A stretch of DNA of 64,000 bases from a virus (Duplodnaviria > Caudoviricetes). A program made the translations under genes and the position numbers. Below, one piece after another: positions 35,301 through 45,987 of the stretch. The DNA lies in IMG/VR virus record IMGVR_UViG_3300022594_000001; one strand, given 5' to 3'. A model generated the notes under the pieces. That model did no database searches. It was not told where the DNA came from and saw only the letters and a list, made by a program, of their open reading frames with translations. Position 1 is the first letter of the stretch. The number at the start of each line of letters is the position of its first letter.

Positions 35301-38300
35301 ATTTATCTGTGTAGTATGGTAGGTTATCCCATCCGCCGTTAACATCAAACCCTAAACCACTAACAATAACTCCGCCGTAATCAATTCCATTCATTAACTG
35401 TGCTAAGTCTTTGCCTAGTTCGCCAGTTGCTGGATCATAATAGAATTGAACTCTATCAGCAGAATTCAATAATGACCAGTCCTTCAAATAAGTAATTTTA
35501 ATTTCAGAACCAGTTGCTGGTGCTACTGTAAATGTAATAGACCCGCTATAACTTGTGTATCCTTTAGAGGTTGATTTAACAATAGACAATTTATAGTTGT
35601 CTCGTAACGCATCAACACCGTTAACAGTAACAGTCGATTTTCCAATACGGACATCAGGGCCCCAAACTAACGGGAACTGTAGTCGACTACCTGTACCGTA
35701 ATGGGTTTCAGTTTGTTCTAAAGTATCAAGGACATAGTTGTTTGTGATTCTATCAAACTTCATTTTAATTAAAGTTGAACGAACCGCGCTATTTCCGATA
35801 ATTGCAACTGCTCTAGCAGGAGTACCATCTGATGCAACTCCACCATCAATTACAATTCTTGGCGCACTTAGGTAACCACTTCCAGGTGTTAGAAGAACTA
35901 TTCTATTAACTTTTCCATTAGCAATAAATGCTCTTGCAGTTGCACCAGAACCCGAATCGCTAACGAATCTTACAACTGGTTCTGTTAGATAGCCCGATCC
36001 AGAACTGACTAATTTAATATCAGTAATTTCAAAACTTGCATTATCTAACCAATGCTTCCACGGATAAGATTGTACAGCACTATCATATGCCACAATCTTT
36101 CCATTAGATACAGTAGCATCAACTGTAGTTACCGAACCATTTTCATACACCGGTGGTAAATCAAAGTCAGTCACCGACATCATGCCAGTATCTAAATTGC
36201 TATAGTTGCTAATATACTCTCGAATTTTTGTTCTGTAAGGCTTGACTTCATTTACATATGCTTCAAAGTCTGGTAGATTATCATTAGAGTAAGTAACTTT
36301 TTGTTTTAGCTCTCCAATATTATGATGAACTTTAACAAAACTAGTTTTAAATGCCCAATCAATATTACCTTGTTCTGCAAATGCATAACGCAAGTTAGCA
36401 AAGAATAAACTTAGGTATTCTGTCTTTAAATCGTCAATTAAAATATTATTCTTAATTGTTAATAATATGTTTCTTAATTCAACCGATGCAGAGTTATCAA
36501 AGATTCCGCCGTCATATAATGCACCGTCGTAACCATATATACTGCCTTCAAAATTATATAAACTAGGTAAGAACTGAATCGTTCCGTTTTGTAAACCTAT
36601 CACTTCATAACTTTGTGTCCAATCAATGGATGTTGAATCAGCATACTTGCGCAATAATACCCAATTACCGGAATTGTTTGTTAAAACTTTAACAATCTGT
36701 CCAACCTTTGCAGAAATATTGTTAAGTTCAGACAGCACACTAACTGCATAATCAGCTGCTACATATTGACTGATACCTTCTGCATACCAATCAACAAATT
36801 CCCAATATTTTCTTGTATCGTATGTTTGTCCATAAATGCGTGACCATACTTGAGTAGTTGGTTCGTACGCATAAATGCTCCAATTGTTATTTGCCTGGCT
36901 ATCACTATGAACTAGTACAGAATAATTTCTTACTAATAAAATTGTGTTGTCATTATAACCTTCACCAGCATTTTCTATAGTGACGCCAACAATCTGACCC
37001 TTAGCATTTATTTTTGTACGAATCTTTGCATTGATACCTGTACCAACAATATCAATATAAGGAGCAACTAAGTAACCGTTACCTTTTTCAAGAATATTAA
37101 CACCTGTAATTTTACCATCTTCGATAATAGGTGTTAACGAAGGTTTAATAAAAGTACTAATTACAGCAAAGCGCAATTCTAAGTCAGTATCTAATACAGT
37201 ATCATACGTGCCCTTAATGATATTAGGTTCTACATCATATGTTTCTAATAACGCTAAATTTCTGTCTTCCGCTATTTGATTGTTAATCAATACTCTGTTA
37301 ACTTGTTCGATAAATTGTTTCAACGCTTCGAAACGATTCACAAACATGCTTTGACGTGGACGGTTTTCAATACCGTAACGTAATTTAATCGGCAATGAAG
37401 TATCAGGAACAACACGTCCGCTAGCATCTTTACCGCAAAGACTATCAAACCATTTTTGTTCAATTGCAGATGGCAACTCTGATTCAACGTCATTGCTAAT
37501 CATTTTCCATTCAGTATGGATGTTTCTTGTAGAACTATCAACAGTCCAATACTCAACAGATAAAGCAACATTATCGCTCTGTAATAGCGGCTTAACGTTA
37601 ACTAAACTGAAACTATTTGCACTAGTTAGCGCAAGGTATTCATAACCCTGACCTCTTGGGTTTTCTATTAAACTAGCAACATCCTTGGCAGAAAGATTTC
37701 TGCTTATTAAATTAGGAACTGTTGTTTTATTTTTAACCCAATAATAATATGTTTTCTTGTATGTCTTAGATATGTTATCGTATCGTTTTATAACACTATA
37801 AACTGTATCATCATATAAGGTTGTTCCGCTAATACCAAGTGATAATCCCTCTTCGGTATCAGTAATTGCATTCCATGCGGACGGCAACAATGTAGAGCTT
37901 ACCCATTCGTAAACATCTATACTTGCTCCTGGGAATAACGTATTCCATGTGCTGTTTCTGTAAACAACATCATTATCCGAACTGTCAATAAATTTAGCAG
38001 TTCTTAAATCCCACCACAACGTACCAACTTGTGTTTTAGCCCATGCTGTTCCATCATCTACATTAAGATCAGTTGTTCCTACAGAATATACTGCCGGGTC
38101 ATAAAACGTTTTATACTTAATTTCTTGTTCAGCAACGCCTGGTATTTTACCTTGTGTGGAATCAATTACATCAAGATAGGTAATTAATTTATTTGTATTT
38201 GTGTTGTACAAGAACGCTTGTTTAATCTTAGTTACATCTACCTTATCAATTTGATAATGCAACACTTCCCAACTTGATGTGTTGTTTAATTTTGCATATG

Positions 38301-41300
38301 AATAAACTTTACCAGATACAATGCCTTGATCTAAAGCTGTTGGAGCACTTACAAAAATTACATTTGACCCAACACTAAATCCGTGTCCAAAATTATCAGA
38401 CTGGTTTGACGGATTAGAGATTGTTTCTCCATATATCCATTGAGTTACATATTTGTCATATACATCAATTTGGCCATGAAGAGCGTTAACGGCGTTGCTA
38501 AGAATAACGAGTGTTCGGCTATCGTTCATTAACGCAACTTTTGTTCCAAAGTAACTATTATTTGTAGGAACATTTTGTGTTATAGCTTGTAACACTGTAG
38601 TTGTGGTACCATCATATCCATAAATTGCAACAACACCTTGATTGGAATTTGCCGTGGCATCAGATACTACAAGATAATTTCCATTGTTAGATACTGCAAC
38701 ACTAGATCCGCCCGATACTGAAGTTATCGATTGGTATTGTCCATTAACATTAGAGTATACATATGTCTTTAAAGGTACCGCAGTTGTAACTAACAGTGTC
38801 GAACTATCATTGCTCATTGCTAATGCAGATCCAAATCCAACTTCTCCATTAGTAGGAAATAACACATTATCAACATACTGCCACTGTGTTAGCGTAAATT
38901 GTAATTGTCCAGATGGAGTAGAGTCAGGCAAACTACTTACGATGATTGTTGTCGAATCAATTACTTGCTGGACTGTTTGACCGCTAGTAAACCCAGTACC
39001 AACAATAGTCATTCCCTCAACAATTGTTCCAGTTCCTGCTGATAATTTTACAGTATATGCTGAACTACCAACTGGATTGTAAGAAGCTGTTGCGTTTGTA
39101 GATGTTACATATTCTAATTGATATACAATATTGCCACCTGGCGCAGTAACAAATAAAGTATTATTTCCAAATACTAAACTTGCTCCAAATTGTTCATCGT
39201 TATCGGGATATTGGCTAGCAAATGTATGAACCGCTGTAAAAATATTATTACTATCCTTACGATAGATTGTTACAACTCCGTGATTTGTTAAACCAGAATC
39301 GGTTCCTAAATCATCAACAATATTTAATACACCGTCGTATCTTATCAATGCGTCTGTTGCTAATGGTACTCCGACTGCTAGCCATGTACTGTCTGCAGAC
39401 AATGCAATAACATCGCCAGTTTGAGTTTCCGGTGTTGGGTTAGACAATCCTGGAGTAGAAATAAATGGTGGCAGAATAGCTTGGCGCTGCACCCATGGTG
39501 CTGATGCTCCAATTCTATCGTAGACAACAATTTCTCCAGCTGCGTTTGATATAATAGAAATTGTACCAGTGTTGTTAACTAAAACCTTTCTACCATAATA
39601 GGTATCTACTTGAGGAATTGTATTAACAATCTCAGATTCTTTATAGACATTGTTGTGCTGCCATACAGCCCATTTGCCGTTACCGTTATTGTCAGTCCAG
39701 ATTTTTTCATTCTCAATTAGTGTTGCAGGTAGAATTTGTGAAGCATTATCAATAGAGTCAACACGTTGAGTTAGTATTGATGAAATTGTTATTGTACTTA
39801 AATCTATTAAAGGTGTCCAAGCTGGGATGGTAGCAGATACGCTAAATGTGCCCTCGCCAGTATTAGTAACTTGATAGAATCCATTTAATATTGTTGCTCC
39901 GCTAATACCAACATAATCGCCTATTGAGAAAGGGATAGTGTTTGCAGAAATTGTTAAAACTTTATTAGAATAGGTTGCACCCGATACTAATAAGTTAGCA
40001 TTAGTATATCGATAAACATTCCAGAAATGCGGAGGATTATCAAATGCGCACCAAATGTAGCTGCCTTCGCTAAACTTAGATATATCTTGATTTAATATAT
40101 CGCTTAGATTTGCAAGAGTAACTGTAACATCTTCTGTTCTTACATAACCCGGAGTGCGAAGATAAGGTTTAAAATTCTTGATTAAAGGCCAAGGTGCATT
40201 GTTATAACCTAAAGGTTTTAAGTATACATCATTTGGTGTTTGACGAATAATAAAATCAACTAGAGATGTGTTTACTGAATTAACTAGTTCAACTCCTTGA
40301 GGATTTGACTTAAACAATTCTTCACTTAAAATAAATTCAATGTTTTCATATGCTGCATTTGAACCGTACTGACCAAGACGCAATGCCCATTCTTCGTAGA
40401 ATGATAAACTATCTTGATTAGCAGAGCTTAATACATCAAATAATTTGTTGAGAACATTTTGTGTACCCTTTTCAGCAATCATACCTTGATAGAATTTAAA
40501 TTCACTAACATCATCTTTAATAATGTTATCAAGATATTGACGCTTTTGATATCCGACTAAATGTTGAGCTAGTTGTTGCTGTGACGAATCAAAGTTATCA
40601 CTATCTAGACTATAAAAGTCCATAAACTGCCCGGCTTTGTATGTCCAGTTTGGTAACAATTCTTGTGTTGGTGGGTTGATATCTTTAACCCAATCAGTTG
40701 GGTTAAACGTTTCTGTTCCTGCAACAAACGACTGAGCACTGTAATAAAACTCTTTGTACTTGACAATATCGCCCAATGCATAATCTTGCCATGCTTGCCA
40801 CTCTTGAACAACTGCTCTATCAAATATAAATCCAGGCACATCAAAACCACCGTACCAGTTGGTGCTTATGTATCCAGCAACTTTGATACGCTCTTGTCGA
40901 TATCCGCTAGCAGGACTATAAATTACGTCGTTAAACATAGTTGTATTGTTAATAATTACAACTTGCTCTTGCTGTATTAGATAAAAACTTGCACCAAAGA
41001 TCCCGTTTGAATCTCTCGGAGAATAGCTTACTGCGTTGTCTTCTCTATACGAATTTAAAAAGTGTGGCTGCAACGGAGAACCGTCAACTTTAAAAATTTC
41101 GTAACTGTTAAATGCGTTTGAAATATCGTCAACTACACTTAACGGTGTTGAAAATGTAATCTTTGTTGCGCTTGGGCTTAAAGAAATAACCGAGCTGCCA
41201 ACGGTGCTTAAACCATCTAATTTATCGTAGTCTACCTCATCGAAAATATCAGTAGCTTCGATATTTCGTACTGCACGATAATAGTCACCGTTGTATCGTA

Positions 41301-44300
41301 CAATCTCATTAAATTTAATTTGTTGTGACGGATTCCACTCTTTCCATTTGTCTTCGCCTGTGCTCCAGTTTTGTGTAGTCCAGAATAAAAACTCTTTAGC
41401 ACTAGTTTCCCAATTTGTTATAGTGTTTAAAGTAGTGTTAAATTCATCAAAAATAAATCCTTGATCCTTTAAATACTCTCCGTATCCTTGTAAGAAATCA
41501 ACTACTTCTTGCACTGAACTAAATTTAGTTCCATAAGGAACAATGATTGGTTCTCTATTCCAAGTTTTTCTTAAAATTGCATTCTTGCCTCCAATGATAG
41601 GCAACGAATCTAACAATTGATAGTTAGTTGGATCAAACTGTGAGGTAGTTGTATGCAAGACTTTAGATCTGTAAAATCTCTTGTTGTATTGAACAATTTT
41701 TCCAACAGCATATTGTACACCAGCAGTCCATGTTGAATAACTTTCTGAGATACCACCAACGTTAATAGTAATACCAGACTGTGTCCAAGCGTAATATTTA
41801 AAATATGGCTCGGTTAGACTATAGCCCTTAATGTCATAACCGTCACTAAATTTTGTAATAATAACTGCACTATAACTAATCTTTTTAATAGGGCTAGAAC
41901 TGTTAAGAATAATATTGTAATCTTCTTGAGGTACAAATACACTACCCTGACTTAAAGGTGTTTTACTATCTAATAAAAGATTAAACTTTTCTTTACTTGT
42001 AAATGCGCCAACACGATAGCTTAACTTTGCTGTTATATTTTGTAAATCGTTAACGTATGCGTTATATGATTTTAAATTGTCACTTAAAATATAATCAACA
42101 ACATAATTTATAATTCCAGCAGTTTGTACAAATGAAGTGCTTGAATAAATGCTTGGAAGAATAATGTCTTTAGGTGTAATTCTTAAATTAGTATCTTTAT
42201 AAATTAATTGTCCAGCAATATTTCTGACAATACGAGATCTGTCTAAAACTAAGCCAAATGTTTTTGCAGGTTGTAGAAGCATTGATGTAATTAGTACGCT
42301 GAATGGATAGTAGCTGCTACGTCTCCATGCTGCTTCGACCGGGCTTACATCACCAAATACAAAATCTCCTGCTGTAGATGTTGTGGTAATACCTTGTGAC
42401 AATCCAGAAATTAACGGACTTGCAATGTTTCCATCTTCGTCAACTGGACAATAATTTTCTAAATATGATCTTACATACTGAGGTAACACAACTGGCGGGA
42501 CACCCGGTTCTCTAACAGTACCGGTTGCTAAATCATTCCACAATGGTTTATTATCTTTTGTATAAGGTGCAGGACCGTATACCTGTGTCCACCAAGATGG
42601 CTCTTCGCTAAATCCTAACATTTCCCAAGGACATAGATTAGGACGATCTGTTCCTAATAACCAGCGATATACACCTCTCCAATATCCAGGAGTTTCACGG
42701 CCGTCAGGAGCAGAGTGTCCCCTATAATTAAATGTTAAAGGATTATTTCTATCATAGCTAAGTGGCTTTGTAAAATCTTTATCAACTAGTGTTAACCACT
42801 TGTAAAAGTTTGGAGCTAATGCTGTGTTGAATTCATCTAAAGAATAATCTGATTCTCTGTTATAAAGAGGAACAACAGTATCTACATCAAAAATATCAGG
42901 ATTATACTTTATTTTAATGTTATTATAGATTCGTTTTTCTAATTCTAGAATTAAATCATCGCGGTAATCACCGTATGCAAGAGTCTGACTACCGTCATGT
43001 CCCTGTATCATCACTCTAGGTGTTAGCAATGTTGTGTCAGTATAAATCTTAGGCTCATACTTTGGCCAGATACCTAACTTTGTAGGTGTCTCGGGAACAA
43101 AACAGCCATTAGTGTTATCGTATTCAACAATAGTTACAGTATCACCGTTTGTTAAATCAACACTATTGTCAATTACAATAAACCCCTGAGCATCAAATGT
43201 ATATTGTCTGTTAGCTAATAACTGAACATTATTTAAATATACACCAACTGCTTTAGTAGACAATGTGTCAAGGCTAAAATAATTTGTCAATGGATATGTT
43301 TTAATTCTATAATCTACTACAGTAAGAGGTGTAATAACTTTTGCACCGTATGGCACCATATCACTAAAATAAAACGGAGCAGAATTAGGAGTGTCCTTGT
43401 TAATTTTTTCTAAAATTAAATCTACGTGAGATACTGTGTCAGTATCAACACCTAATTTTTCTGCAATGTTAATAAAGTTTCTTTTAAACTTTCCATACTG
43501 CTCTCGAGCATATTCGATAGATCGAATAATATTATTGTTTTCGCTAGTAATATGATATAAACTTAAACTTGCAGGGCCGCTATGCTGTACAAATTTTGTG
43601 CCGTAGGGTGTTACACTTCCTAAATCACGTAAGTTACTTGCGCCCGGAAAGGCTCCAACAAAGTTAATTAAATTTTCTACAATAGAATTAACGTGATCGT
43701 TTACTTCACCTAAAGTAAAAGAAGTAATAGACTCATTTAACGGATTGTTTTGTAAATTAACAGGGATTTCGTAGTATCCATTGCCATTAATAGGCTGGCT
43801 TGCAAATGCTTTAATAGTTAAAACGTCTGTTGCAGAAATATCAGAAGCTAAGATAACACGTTTAAAAATAACTCCGTTAACTAAGTTCCACTTTGACGGG
43901 TCAAGGCGTATACCGTTAACATAAATTCTTACAACTAAATCATCTAAATTGTCAATGTTATCAAAAATATCAAGATCAAAGTTATTAACTTTATTTGAAT
44001 TTTTATATATTCTAATTGCAGGTTGAGTAGTTTCAGTTTTGCAAATTTCCCAACCATTAACATATGTTATAGAATTGTCAGTATTTGTTTTCTTTAAAAA
44101 TCCAACATCAGTTGTTAGAGTTTTAACTGAGGCAATATCTTTATACTGGAATGAATCACTTAAAATATTAAAATTAAAAACAATATCGCCGATATTATTA
44201 ATATTTTTGTAACTTAAAGCAAATCCTAAATTGTTATCAACTGTACCAGTTCCCACTTTATAAGAAAATAATGTTGTTCCTTTAAATGTTGAACCATTAT

Positions 44301-45987
44301 AGATATCAGTGTTACCAAAACTGTATCCACTTTCGTCAAACATGTCAAAGTAAGGAGTCTGATTAAGAGTTGTTTTTTGCTGCCCAACATTCCACGTTGT
44401 ACCATCGTACCAATACATAGATCCTTGCGCTTTAACACCTTGTTTAACAAGCACAACATTGCCATCAACTGGCTCAGTTTCTAATTCAAGATGAATCTGA
44501 CGACGTCCTTGTATTGTTACAAATGTAACTCGATAAATTTTATTCTTAACAAGTCTGTCAGTGTCAGCAGTAAACAACACACGCTGATTTTGATTTAACT
44601 GAATACCGTCTACATTATAACCGAGACTTCCTTCGATTGTTGAAAATACATCAGTTGTGTAAGTATCAATTAAGTCAACATCTGGAACTGCCATAGTTCC
44701 AAAGTTGAATAATTTAATGTCTGCTTCAAATTCAATAATTGGTCTAACGGCTCTAAAACTTTGATTAATAGATGGCACTTGTCCATTATATTTTGCACTA
44801 GCTTCAATAACATCTTTGTGGAACCAACGATTAATTCTGCTCCACGGGTTATGATCTTTACTTGCTCTGTTAACTACAATGTAATCACGTGTACCAGCAA
44901 ACGAAGTTGCATCTTCCCAAGGCATAGTATCAAATGGTGTAGAATCAAATTGAATATTTTCGTTTACTGTATACTGACTAACAATTTCAAGGATAGATTC
45001 GGGTATCAATCGAATAGATCTGCCAACACCTTCAACATAATAGAAACCTGATGCATAGCTTTCAGGTATTACATTGCCGATAAATCGAACTTTCATACCA
45101 TTGCTCAATGCTGTTCCATCAGGCAATGTAAAATTAACCTTACCTAATACATCTTGTTCAACATTAATTTCTGTATTATCGTTAATCGAAACAATTTCAA
45201 ATAGTCCACCTAAGTCACTATCAGTTTCACTCATGTAAAATAATACATCAGGACAACTGTATGGCACTGTAAACGTTATAGTTCCGTCTTCAACACCTTG
45301 TTGATCAATATCAGGAGTATCATAAAGGTCCTGTGCATAAGGTGTTCTACGAGTCTTAATGCTAAAAGGGTTTCCAGGGCTACTAATTTTAAATTTGTAT
45401 GTTTGCCCTCTTACTAATTTAAGAGTAGGGTTTCTTGTAAGATCGCTAGGAGCAAATAGATATACATTGTTGTCGCCCTCGGCTTCAATTGAAACTGTAT
45501 ACTCACTTATAATCCCTTCTTGCTGTCCAAAGATTGTGATAGGATCTGGGCCGTAAGGCAACCAATAGTAGTTTTGGAAGTTGCTAAACTTGTCCCAATC
45601 AATGTGCGGGTTCCAACTGTACATCTCTTGTTTGTTTATACGAGGATGATTTGTAACATCAGTTCCGAATACATTTAGCTGATTGATATAATCTTGATAA
45701 TCTTTAAAAAATGTAGTATTACCCAGTGCATCTTGTACAGTTAATCCGGGTTCTAGTTGATAATTTTGTCTTTGCGCACTTGGTGCATTAAGGAATACAT
45801 CATTCCCAGATGTTGCTTTTGCATTTTGTCTACCAATGTATCCGTTAACCTTATTGACAGTCCCAGGCTGAACTAGTTGATCAATCGTAGCTTGTAAGAA
45901 TTTCTTATTAGCATCTGATTGAAAAAACTTCGGTAAAAACTCATAGCTTTTGCCGCGGTTTGGATTTGGGTTGGTGTTGTCAGCCAT
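32395..45987 (-). CDS. Giant (4530 aa) baseplate wedge/structural protein
   Basis: Uninterrupted 13.6-kb ORF directly after the gp6-like gene; GxGY Ig-like repeats, FG-GAP-like blades, CBM-like motifs. Confidence 0.75.
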   Translation of the reverse strand: MADNTNPNPNRGKSYEFLPKFFQSDANKKFLQATIDQLVQPGTVNKVNGYIGRQNAKATSGNDVFLNAPSAQRQNYQLEPGLTVQDALGNTTFFKDYQDYINQLNVFGTDVTNHPRINKQEMYSWNPHIDWDKFSNFQNYYWLPYGPDPITIFGQQEGIISEYTVSIEAEGDNNVYLFAPSDLTRNPTLKLVRGQTYKFKISSPGNPFSIKTRRTPYAQDLYDTPDIDQQGVEDGTITFTVPYSCPDVLFYMSETDSDLGGLFEIVSINDNTEINVEQDVLGKVNFTLPDGTALSNGMKVRFIGNVIPESYASGFYYVEGVGRSIRLIPESILEIVSQYTVNENIQFDSTPFDTMPWEDATSFAGTRDYIVVNRASKDHNPWSRINRWFHKDVIEASAKYNGQVPSINQSFRAVRPIIEFEADIKLFNFGTMAVPDVDLIDTYTTDVFSTIEGSLGYNVDGIQLNQNQRVLFTADTDRLVKNKIYRVTFVTIQGRRQIHLELETEPVDGNVVLVKQGVKAQGSMYWYDGTTWNVGQQKTTLNQTPYFDMFDESGYSFGNTDIYNGSTFKGTTLFSYKVGTGTVDNNLGFALSYKNINNIGDIVFNFNILSDSFQYKDIASVKTLTTDVGFLKKTNTDNSITYVNGWEICKTETTQPAIRIYKNSNKVNNFDLDIFDNIDNLDDLVVRIYVNGIRLDPSKWNLVNGVIFKRVILASDISATDVLTIKAFASQPINGNGYYEIPVNLQNNPLNESITSFTLGEVNDHVNSIVENLINFVGAFPGASNLRDLGSVTPYGTKFVQHSGPASLSLYHITSENNNIIRSIEYAREQYGKFKRNFINIAEKLGVDTDTVSHVDLILEKINKDTPNSAPFYFSDMVPYGAKVITPLTVVDYRIKTYPLTNYFSLDTLSTKAVGVYLNNVQLLANRQYTFDAQGFIVIDNSVDLTNGDTVTIVEYDNTNGCFVPETPTKLGIWPKYEPKIYTDTTLLTPRVMIQGHDGSQTLAYGDYRDDLILELEKRIYNNIKIKYNPDIFDVDTVVPLYNRESDYSLDEFNTALAPNFYKWLTLVDKDFTKPLSYDRNNPLTFNYRGHSAPDGRETPGYWRGVYRWLLGTDRPNLCPWEMLGFSEEPSWWTQVYGPAPYTKDNKPLWNDLATGTVREPGVPPVVLPQYVRSYLENYCPVDEDGNIASPLISGLSQGITTTSTAGDFVFGDVSPVEAAWRRSSYYPFSVLITSMLLQPAKTFGLVLDRSRIVRNIAGQLIYKDTNLRITPKDIILPSIYSSTSFVQTAGIINYVVDYILSDNLKSYNAYVNDLQNITAKLSYRVGAFTSKEKFNLLLDSKTPLSQGSVFVPQEDYNIILNSSSPIKKISYSAVIITKFSDGYDIKGYSLTEPYFKYYAWTQSGITINVGGISESYSTWTAGVQYAVGKIVQYNKRFYRSKVLHTTTSQFDPTNYQLLDSLPIIGGKNAILRKTWNREPIIVPYGTKFSSVQEVVDFLQGYGEYLKDQGFIFDEFNTTLNTITNWETSAKEFLFWTTQNWSTGEDKWKEWNPSQQIKFNEIVRYNGDYYRAVRNIEATDIFDEVDYDKLDGLSTVGSSVISLSPSATKITFSTPLSVVDDISNAFNSYEIFKVDGSPLQPHFLNSYREDNAVSYSPRDSNGIFGASFYLIQQEQVVIINNTTMFNDVIYSPASGYRQERIKVAGYISTNWYGGFDVPGFIFDRAVVQEWQAWQDYALGDIVKYKEFYYSAQSFVAGTETFNPTDWVKDINPPTQELLPNWTYKAGQFMDFYSLDSDNFDSSQQQLAQHLVGYQKRQYLDNIIKDDVSEFKFYQGMIAEKGTQNVLNKLFDVLSSANQDSLSFYEEWALRLGQYGSNAAYENIEFILSEELFKSNPQGVELVNSVNTSLVDFIIRQTPNDVYLKPLGYNNAPWPLIKNFKPYLRTPGYVRTEDVTVTLANLSDILNQDISKFSEGSYIWCAFDNPPHFWNVYRYTNANLLVSGATYSNKVLTISANTIPFSIGDYVGISGATILNGFYQVTNTGEGTFSVSATIPAWTPLIDLSTITISSILTQRVDSIDNASQILPATLIENEKIWTDNNGNGKWAVWQHNNVYKESEIVNTIPQVDTYYGRKVLVNNTGTISIISNAAGEIVVYDRIGASAPWVQRQAILPPFISTPGLSNPTPETQTGDVIALSADSTWLAVGVPLATDALIRYDGVLNIVDDLGTDSGLTNHGVVTIYRKDSNNIFTAVHTFASQYPDNDEQFGASLVFGNNTLFVTAPGGNIVYQLEYVTSTNATASYNPVGSSAYTVKLSAGTGTIVEGMTIVGTGFTSGQTVQQVIDSTTIIVSSLPDSTPSGQLQFTLTQWQYVDNVLFPTNGEVGFGSALAMSNDSSTLLVTTAVPLKTYVYSNVNGQYQSITSVSGGSSVAVSNNGNYLVVSDATANSNQGVVAIYGYDGTTTTVLQAITQNVPTNNSYFGTKVALMNDSRTLVILSNAVNALHGQIDVYDKYVTQWIYGETISNPSNQSDNFGHGFSVGSNVIFVSAPTALDQGIVSGKVYSYAKLNNTSSWEVLHYQIDKVDVTKIKQAFLYNTNTNKLITYLDVIDSTQGKIPGVAEQEIKYKTFYDPAVYSVGTTDLNVDDGTAWAKTQVGTLWWDLRTAKFIDSSDNDVVYRNSTWNTLFPGASIDVYEWVSSTLLPSAWNAITDTEEGLSLGISGTTLYDDTVYSVIKRYDNISKTYKKTYYYWVKNKTTVPNLISRNLSAKDVASLIENPRGQGYEYLALTSANSFSLVNVKPLLQSDNVALSVEYWTVDSSTRNIHTEWKMISNDVESELPSAIEQKWFDSLCGKDASGRVVPDTSLPIKLRYGIENRPRQSMFVNRFEALKQFIEQVNRVLINNQIAEDRNLALLETYDVEPNIIKGTYDTVLDTDLELRFAVISTFIKPSLTPIIEDGKITGVNILEKGNGYLVAPYIDIVGTGINAKIRTKINAKGQIVGVTIENAGEGYNDNTILLVRNYSVLVHSDSQANNNWSIYAYEPTTQVWSRIYGQTYDTRKYWEFVDWYAEGISQYVAADYAVSVLSELNNISAKVGQIVKVLTNNSGNWVLLRKYADSTSIDWTQSYEVIGLQNGTIQFLPSLYNFEGSIYGYDGALYDGGIFDNSASVELRNILLTIKNNILIDDLKTEYLSLFFANLRYAFAEQGNIDWAFKTSFVKVHHNIGELKQKVTYSNDNLPDFEAYVNEVKPYRTKIREYISNYSNLDTGMMSVTDFDLPPVYENGSVTTVDATVSNGKIVAYDSAVQSYPWKHWLDNASFEITDIKLVSSGSGYLTEPVVRFVSDSGSGATARAFIANGKVNRIVLLTPGSGYLSAPRIVIDGGVASDGTPARAVAIIGNSAVRSTLIKMKFDRITNNYVLDTLEQTETHYGTGSRLQFPLVWGPDVRIGKSTVTVNGVDALRDNYKLSIVKSTSKGYTSYSGSITFTVAPATGSEIKITYLKDWSLLNSADRVQFYYDPATGELGKDLAQLMNGIDYGGVIVSGLGFDVNGGWDNLPYYTDKWASLDESYNDVIATVAADTHSFDLGYVPEAGTEINVYYSLLNVDSTLDTDGVTTEYAFSVYDNAPLSVVATITRTVSQVSNLGIDTIVLNDVTGLKAGDVLTIPSVLNGVAYNCKIVQIINSTRLVKLDQILFRTIPSGSTAIFTRTMLYPTDYVINTNGLVQLTEPLVQHAKFEIKAYLNKIRLDDPNYGTVDQTNPYAIMLPHIADGISSTITIPDTFQVNEGDKFIIRQSTSDGSITPQTDDYDTSLTGGTLANVGGIYSTATGKTADEIIIDGDGFHTVTSGSAPEEVVPGQVADAVSIKIYDRPSSGSAVIKVDSYLGDSERTQFGISQLPNSNQAVIVKTVEKIVDINGIPSRQSYILERDVDYTFDYTNKTINTVTPPANGVTLSVFSLGFNGSNILDLDYFIGNGNTTEFITKAPWLETVSHMVYVDGQPANVVLFKTDSSYESTNRIGIRFIDAPKDQALITFVIVSGTQQSFAITKSEMFRGNGTDTYTLANVVGDALPLESNMIVRVNQQILLAPNNSYFTIKSNKLNYTVDPTKFLPYTVSANDIAVLANGILLSPATDYILDLSGITVKINKSVYKKYSGKELIISIKQNDGYQYVPGIPPALITSQVYTSADEIEVISSYKHDVLDIQRTAINITSNLSLTASTEEYYRYRGLSSGLLHLDRAVLNDNYVWVIKNGTLLTPGIDFKLNQDKQSIKLAFDPNLNDEFTIITFGTNILTSGIAYMQFKDILNRTIFKRLNKMKQTMLTQELKPTDVTIHVADSSSFDPPSPSNNKPGIIEIAGERIEYFTLNGNVLGQLRRGTLGTGVRELHKVGSIVQEIGVSETLPYTEETITKNIDSDGTQLVLLDFTPASVNDIEVFAGGRRLKKHAYSVYNPQLHPDSPEGDEAFAPEFTVDGISNQITLRDAPVFGTRITVVKRVGTDWDSTVNIQNDSNKIAQFLRAEPGIWYSEFKNI

